Positions 59,261 through 64,000 of a stretch of DNA of 64,000 nt are shown here, one piece after another. Origin of the DNA: an uncultured Muribaculum sp. (lineage in GTDB: Bacteria; Bacteroidota; Bacteroidia; Bacteroidales; Muribaculaceae). The notes under the pieces were generated by a model, which saw only the letters and a list, made by a program, of their open reading frames with translations, was not told the origin of the DNA and made no database searches. The DNA lies in NCBI GenBank assembly GCA_964651105.1, contig CAZYXN010000001.1, positions 179 to 64,178 of the forward strand, given 5' to 3'. The first letter of the stretch is position 1, and each line of letters starts with the position of its first letter. A program made the translations under genes and the position numbers.

Positions 59261-61414
59261 ATGTGCCTTAATTCATTTCTTGGCGTAGCATTATTGATCG
59301 GTCTGTGCTCCCCGGCGGGGGTACAGACTATTGTCAAACCTGATGCCAAGATTTCCAAAACATCATTTGCTATTATAACCGATACGCCTTTGTGGGAAGA
59401 GTGTTCTGAAGAAATGAGCCGTTTTGCCGCTCAGTTACAATCGGAAGGTCTCCCCGCATTTATCGTTTATGACCGGTGGAAATCGCCGGAGCAGGTGAAA
59501 AAAGTAATTAAAAACCTTTATAAGAAGCATTCTCTTGAGGGTGTGATGCTGGTAGGGGATGTGCCTGTCGCTATGATTCGCAAGGGGCAGCACCTCACAT
59601 CGGCGTTCAAGATGGACGAAGAGAGCGATTGGATTGATTCTTCGGTTCCGTCTGATCGTTTTTACGATGATTTCGACCTTAAGTTTGACTTTATACGTCC
59701 TGATTCCGCCCGGCAGGGATTTTTTTACTACAATCTTGCGGCGGAGTCGCCACAACAGATCAGGTGTGACATCTATTCTTCACGCGTGAAGCCGATAGAC
59801 AATGGCGAACCGAGAGCCGTGCAGATAAAGAGATTCTTTAATAAGGCTGTAGCCGAACATAAAGCTGATAACCGTCTCGACCAATTTTATTCTCATACCG
59901 GCGACGGTTCATATTCCAATTCTTTGAATGCGTGGACGGCAGAAGCCGCTACGATACGTGAGCAGATGCCCGGAACATTTGATAGTCCCGCTTCTCCGGG
60001 ACGTGCCCGATTCACACGTTACAGCTTCAGTCCGTATCCAAAGCGTGACATCATCAATATGCTGAAAAATGATAAGCTTGACCTTGCCATTTTCCATGAA
60101 CACGGTATGCCGGCCCGACAGTATATATCGGGTATTCCTTCTTCAGAGGATCTTGATACACACGTTAAGTTATATCGGGAGCACCTCAGGGATCGGGCTC
60201 GTCGCATAGCCGGCGATTCCGCGAAGTATGCAGCTTTTGAGGCTGATAAAAAAGCTCTCGGGCTTGAACCGGCATGGTGGAATGACTACAATACTCCGGA
60301 GCAAGTCAAGGCTGACTCGATAACTGATGCCGACCGTGGAATTATGCCGGAAGATATAACCGCTTTCAAGCCCAATAGCCGAATGGTTATTTTCGACGCA
60401 TGTTATAACGGAGATTTCCGTGAACCGGACAATATTGCCGGCCGCTATATTTTTGCCGATGGAAAGACTGTCGCTACTTTTGCCAACAGTGTGAATGTGC
60501 TTCAGGACAAACAGGCTAACGAGCTTCTCGGCCTTCTGTGGCTTGGCGCCAGAGTAGGACAGTGGGCAAAGGAAACCAATATCCTGGAAAGTCATATAAT
60601 AGGTGACCCGACATTCCGCTTCAGTTCATCTGTACCTGGAGTCGACGCAGCCGAGATATGCCGCCGTCCTTATAATGAAGCTGATGAACGTGAGATGCTC
60701 AAATCGGAATATGCCGATTTGCGTAATCTTGCAATGCACAGATTATGGAGCAATGATGCCAAAGGGCTTTCCCCTATGTTGGCTGAAATTTTCCGCACAT
60801 CTCCGGTCGCTATGGAGCGTTACACCGCATTAAGCTTGCTTGAGAAAATCAATGATGCCGAATATCAGGCTATTCTTCCTGACGCTTTGTGTGACGCAAA
60901 TGAATTTATTCGACGCACTACCGTGAGCCGTATGGGGCATGTGGGGAAAGACAATTATGTCAAGTGTCTTGTGGATGCTTATTTTGATGACACACAGGCG
61001 ACTCGAGTAGTGTTCCAGATAGAGAATAATATCCATCATTTCGGAGAGGATGCCTTCAACAAGGCTATTGCCTCATATGATGGCGAGCGTGCCGACAAAT
61101 TACGTAAAGCATATGAGAGACGTAAGAGCGCCGATGAGGCGATTCTCAACCATGACGGAAAATACCGTAAAGTGTATATCAAGTCATTGCGAAACGGCAA
61201 TATTCATGCCACTCTTTCCGATTATCTTGCATTGCTTGAGAGTCCGGAAGAATCCGATGATATAAAGGTAGCCATGCTCGACGCTCTTGCATGGTACAAT
61301 CACTCCTACCGTCGTAATGAAATACTTGCGGTATGCGAGCGTCTGACCAAATCGTCAGGAGTATCCAAATCTGTAAAAGATCAGGCTAAACGCACTTATT
61401 TCCGTCTTAAATGA
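59261..61414 (+). CDS. Peptidase C25 (gingipain)-like domain plus HEAT repeats, paralogue 1
   Basis: Signal peptide; VMLVGDVP, SDRFYD, FHEHG (His at 60101), FDACYNG (Cys at 60401); HEAT-like C-terminal half (ALCDANEFIRRTT). Confidence 0.7.
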   Translation: MCLNSFLGVALLIGLCSPAGVQTIVKPDAKISKTSFAIITDTPLWEECSEEMSRFAAQLQSEGLPAFIVYDRWKSPEQVKKVIKNLYKKHSLEGVMLVGDVPVAMIRKGQHLTSAFKMDEESDWIDSSVPSDRFYDDFDLKFDFIRPDSARQGFFYYNLAAESPQQIRCDIYSSRVKPIDNGEPRAVQIKRFFNKAVAEHKADNRLDQFYSHTGDGSYSNSLNAWTAEAATIREQMPGTFDSPASPGRARFTRYSFSPYPKRDIINMLKNDKLDLAIFHEHGMPARQYISGIPSSEDLDTHVKLYREHLRDRARRIAGDSAKYAAFEADKKALGLEPAWWNDYNTPEQVKADSITDADRGIMPEDITAFKPNSRMVIFDACYNGDFREPDNIAGRYIFADGKTVATFANSVNVLQDKQANELLGLLWLGARVGQWAKETNILESHIIGDPTFRFSSSVPGVDAAEICRRPYNEADEREMLKSEYADLRNLAMHRLWSNDAKGLSPMLAEIFRTSPVAMERYTALSLLEKINDAEYQAILPDALCDANEFIRRTTVSRMGHVGKDNYVKCLVDAYFDDTQATRVVFQIENNIHHFGEDAFNKAIASYDGERADKLRKAYERRKSADEAILNHDGKYRKVYIKSLRNGNIHATLSDYLALLESPEESDDIKVAMLDALAWYNHSYRRNEILAVCERLTKSSGVSKSVKDQAKRTYFRLK

Positions 61415-63630
61415 GCCGAATCATGAAACAACTGTTATTTTCATTTATAATGGCTGTGACTGCGGTATTTTCCGCGTCAGCCGATATCGTGATTGACAAG
61501 CCTGTAAGCAAGGATTGTCCAACATCATTCGTTATTATTGCCGACAGCGCCACTTGTGCGGCTACCCGTCCGGCGATGCTTCGTTATAAAAACGCGCTTG
61601 AGGCCGACGGTCTCGCTACTTATATCGTAAGCGCTGATTGGAAGTCTCCGACACAGGTGCGTGAGACGCTTAAGAAGCTGTATGCGTCTGACCCGAAAAT
61701 AGAGGGTATAGTCATTGTAGGCGATGTGCCGGTAGCGATGGTCCGTAACGGTCAGCATATGACCACCGCATTCAAGATGGATGAGGACGCATTTCCTTTT
61801 ATCGATTCTTCGGTGCCATCCGACCGTTTCTATGATTGCCTCGACCTTGATTTCCGGTTTTTGAAGCAGGATGAGACCGAGAACCATCTGTTTTATTATG
61901 AACTCGCTGAGGATTGTCCGCAGCGTCTTAATCCTACCTTCTACTCAGCTCGTATACGTTATCCGAAATTACGTGGAGGAGATAAATATGAAGAGATTGC
62001 GAAGTTCCTTGATAAGGCGGCTTCGGCAAAAGCCGATATGAAGACGGATTGTGTGGATCGTGTGGTTTCGTTTAACGGCCACGGCTATAATTCCGATTGC
62101 CTTATTGCATGGATGGATGAGGAGAAAGCCTATAGAGAGCATTTTCCGGCAGCTTTCAATACATCGACCGGTTTCAAACATTGGAATTTCAGAATGGAAG
62201 AACCGATGAAGCCGGCGATATTCAAGGAGCTTGAGCGTCCAGGCATTGATTTGTTCATGTTCCATGAACATGGCGCGCCTACCACTCAGTATATAAACGG
62301 TTATGGAGAGGCTGAGAGTCAGGATGCCCGCTTGCGGTATATAAAACTTGGCATATATTCCCGCATCGAACGTGCGGTAAAGAAAGGCAATGACGAAGCA
62401 GAGGTGATCGAGGCATTTGCCAAGGAATATCAGCTTGATTCATGTTTCTTCAAGGATTTGCACAATCCTGAATTTGCCGCATCCGATTCAATTGCATATG
62501 CTGCGAAGGATATTGAGGCTAACGAGTTTCATAATCGTGTGACTATGCCGCGAATGGTTATGTTTGACGCATGCTACAACGGTTCGTTCCATGAGGATGA
62601 TTATATCGGCGGCGAATATCTCTTTAATCCGGGAACCACGCTTGTTACACAGGGTAATACGCGTAATGTGCTCCAAGACCGATGGACTATAGAGATGATA
62701 GGGCTCTTATCTCACGGAGTGCGTGCCGGACAATATAATCGTCTGGTAGCGACTCTCGAAGGACACATGATGGGCGATCCCACTGTGAGATTCGCTCCGC
62801 TGGAGCCCAACACGCTTTCAGCTGATATGACTCTTCGTAAGGCTGACCGAGCATATTGGGAGTCTTTGACAGAATCCCCGTATGCCGATGTCCGTTCGAT
62901 AGCCTTGAGAATGCTTTCGGCTATTACTCCCGAATCTGAAATGTCGCCGAAGCTGCTTGAGATTTTCCGTACATCTCCGTTTAATACCACGCGTATGGAG
63001 GCTCTTAAACTTCTTGGAAATTATTGCAATGCCGATTTCAAGGAAGCTGTGCGTCTGGGATTAAACGATCCTTATGAACGTATAGCGCGCATGAGTGCGG
63101 ACTTTGCGTCGGAAATAGGTGATACGGCTCTTCTTCCGGAAGTGATTGAAGCCTATATCGATGGCAATGAGCGGCAGCGTGTCAACTATACCTTGGGAAG
63201 CTCGCTTATTCTGTATCCCAAGGAAGACGTAATCAAGGCGGTCAATAACTACTATTCGTCGGCAAACCGTTTCAATGCCGATGAGGAAAAAGCCGAGCTT
63301 ATCGAGGGTATATCTCATTCATATGAGCGGGCAGAAAAGGATAACGAGGCAATAAGCGACACTACCCTTACGGAGAAGATACGTGTACGGAACATCCGTT
63401 TTGTCCGCAATAATCCGTTCCACTATCAGCTTGACAGGTATCTGGCTACGATTGCCGACAGCGGCAACTCCGACAAAATCCGTGTGAATATGGCTGAAGC
63501 TCTCGGATGGTTCAAATATTCTTATCGTAAAGGAGAGATTCTGGATTTCTGCGAAAAAATGATTGCTGCCGATGATGTGCCTGATGTTGTGAAAGCTGAA
63601 CTTCGTCAGACAGCCAATCGACTGAAGTGA
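61411..63630 (+). CDS. Peptidase C25 (gingipain)-like domain plus HEAT repeats, paralogue 2
   Basis: Signal peptide (likely start MKQLLF); IVIVGDVP, SDRFYD, FHEHG (His at 62269), FDACYNG (Cys at 62572); HEAT-like repeats (LGLNDPYERIAR). Confidence 0.7.
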   Translation: MSRIMKQLLFSFIMAVTAVFSASADIVIDKPVSKDCPTSFVIIADSATCAATRPAMLRYKNALEADGLATYIVSADWKSPTQVRETLKKLYASDPKIEGIVIVGDVPVAMVRNGQHMTTAFKMDEDAFPFIDSSVPSDRFYDCLDLDFRFLKQDETENHLFYYELAEDCPQRLNPTFYSARIRYPKLRGGDKYEEIAKFLDKAASAKADMKTDCVDRVVSFNGHGYNSDCLIAWMDEEKAYREHFPAAFNTSTGFKHWNFRMEEPMKPAIFKELERPGIDLFMFHEHGAPTTQYINGYGEAESQDARLRYIKLGIYSRIERAVKKGNDEAEVIEAFAKEYQLDSCFFKDLHNPEFAASDSIAYAAKDIEANEFHNRVTMPRMVMFDACYNGSFHEDDYIGGEYLFNPGTTLVTQGNTRNVLQDRWTIEMIGLLSHGVRAGQYNRLVATLEGHMMGDPTVRFAPLEPNTLSADMTLRKADRAYWESLTESPYADVRSIALRMLSAITPESEMSPKLLEIFRTSPFNTTRMEALKLLGNYCNADFKEAVRLGLNDPYERIARMSADFASEIGDTALLPEVIEAYIDGNERQRVNYTLGSSLILYPKEDVIKAVNNYYSSANRFNADEEKAELIEGISHSYERAEKDNEAISDTTLTEKIRVRNIRFVRNNPFHYQLDRYLATIADSGNSDKIRVNMAEALGWFKYSYRKGEILDFCEKMIAADDVPDVVKAELRQTANRLK

Positions 63631-63673
63631 CAATTGAACATATCGCATCTAAGGCGATGCGTTGACTTATTCG

Positions 63674-63724
63674 GGGCTGTGTCACTGCATGCATTCAGGT
63701 AATGCTGATGACACAGCCCTTTCT
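63674..63724 (+). terminator. Rho-independent terminator of the TBDT operon
   Basis: GGGCTGTGTCA (63674-63684) / TGACACAGCCC (63709-63719), inner GCATT/AATGC stem, followed by TTTCT. Confidence 0.75.
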
Positions 63725-63762
63725 ATACCCTGAAAAAGAGGGTGACTGTCGTTTTTATTTTG

Positions 63763-63770
63763 TATATTTG
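63763..63770 (+). promoter_or_regulatory. -7 promoter element for the DEAD-box helicase gene
   Basis: TATATTTG, 30 nt upstream of ATG 63801. Confidence 0.65.
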
Positions 63771-63800
63771 CTGTCGGAAACATGAGATTTTAAGGAAATT

Positions 63801-64000
63801 ATGAGATTTGACGAGCTTGACCTCAGCGATGACATACTTGACGCGCTCGACGCTATGAATTTTAATGAATGCACCCCTATTCAGGAGAAAGCTATTCCGG
63901 TAATTCTTGAAGGCAGAGACCTTATCGCTGTCGCTCAGACAGGTACGGGAAAGACCGCTGCCTATCTGCTCCCGGTTATCGATCGTCTGGTTGACGAACC
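63801..64000 (+). CDS. DEAD-box RNA helicase, N-terminal fragment (runs off the right edge; not in the ORF track)
   Basis: Manual translation MRFDELDLSDDILDALDAMNFNECTPIQEKAIPVILEGRDLIAVAQTGTGKTAAYLLP shows the Q motif and Walker A. Confidence 0.93.
   Translation, partial: MRFDELDLSDDILDALDAMNFNECTPIQEKAIPVILEGRDLIAVAQTGTGKTAAYLLPVIDRLVDE

Noticed and set aside
63782-63809. Direct repeat ATGAGATTT before the DEAD-box gene
   Set aside because: It is a 9-nt repeat in AT-rich DNA, and the first ATG is followed by an in-frame stop after three codons. Chance is the likely explanation.
1-64000. CRISPR arrays, tRNA/rRNA genes, IS elements, integrases, prophage and anti-phage defence genes
   Set aside because: I found no regularly spaced repeats, RNA-gene signatures, transposase/integrase motifs or recognisable defence domains. 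The AddA-like nuclease and DEAD-box helicase look like housekeeping genes.

Overview
Chromosomal segment of a Bacteroidales bacterium. Evidence: TAnnTTTG promoters, a SusC/SusD pair, and PorZ plus a T9SS-type cargo protein. A Muribaculaceae/Prevotella-like host is my inference. I saw no rRNA, tRNA, CRISPR array, transposase or integrase. A housekeeping backbone (nadA 3' end, leuS, rdgB, porZ, nadB, SUI1/yciH, an AddA-like helicase-nuclease, a SpoU methylase, the start of a DEAD-box helicase) is interleaved with four accessory blocks. (1) 3.1-14.1 kb: a CAZyme-free SusC/SusD locus with two extra surface lipoproteins, an M16 (PqqL-like) zinc protease and a metallophosphoesterase. Its susC is out of frame at a C9 tract just after the signal peptide. 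(2) 21.2-33.3, 36.7-40.0 and 50.1-52.6 kb: a fragmented Wzx/Wzy surface-polysaccharide system with WecB, LicD, a kinase-dead Wzc-like protein, a radical SAM/SPASM enzyme, an acyltransferase and a GT-C-like membrane protein. (3) 44.2-49.9 kb: a tripartite RND efflux pump. (4) 53.4-63.6 kb: an operon of TonB-dependent transporter, DUF4876-like lipoprotein, DUF6850-like beta-barrel and two tandem paralogues. The paralogues look like gingipain/C25-type cysteine proteases fused to HEAT repeats, and a G10 tract lies upstream of the operon promoter. Block 4, and the pairing of both TonB-dependent loci with proteases and G/C homopolymers, are the best candidates for an undescribed system. Family assignments come from motif recognition by eye, not database searches.
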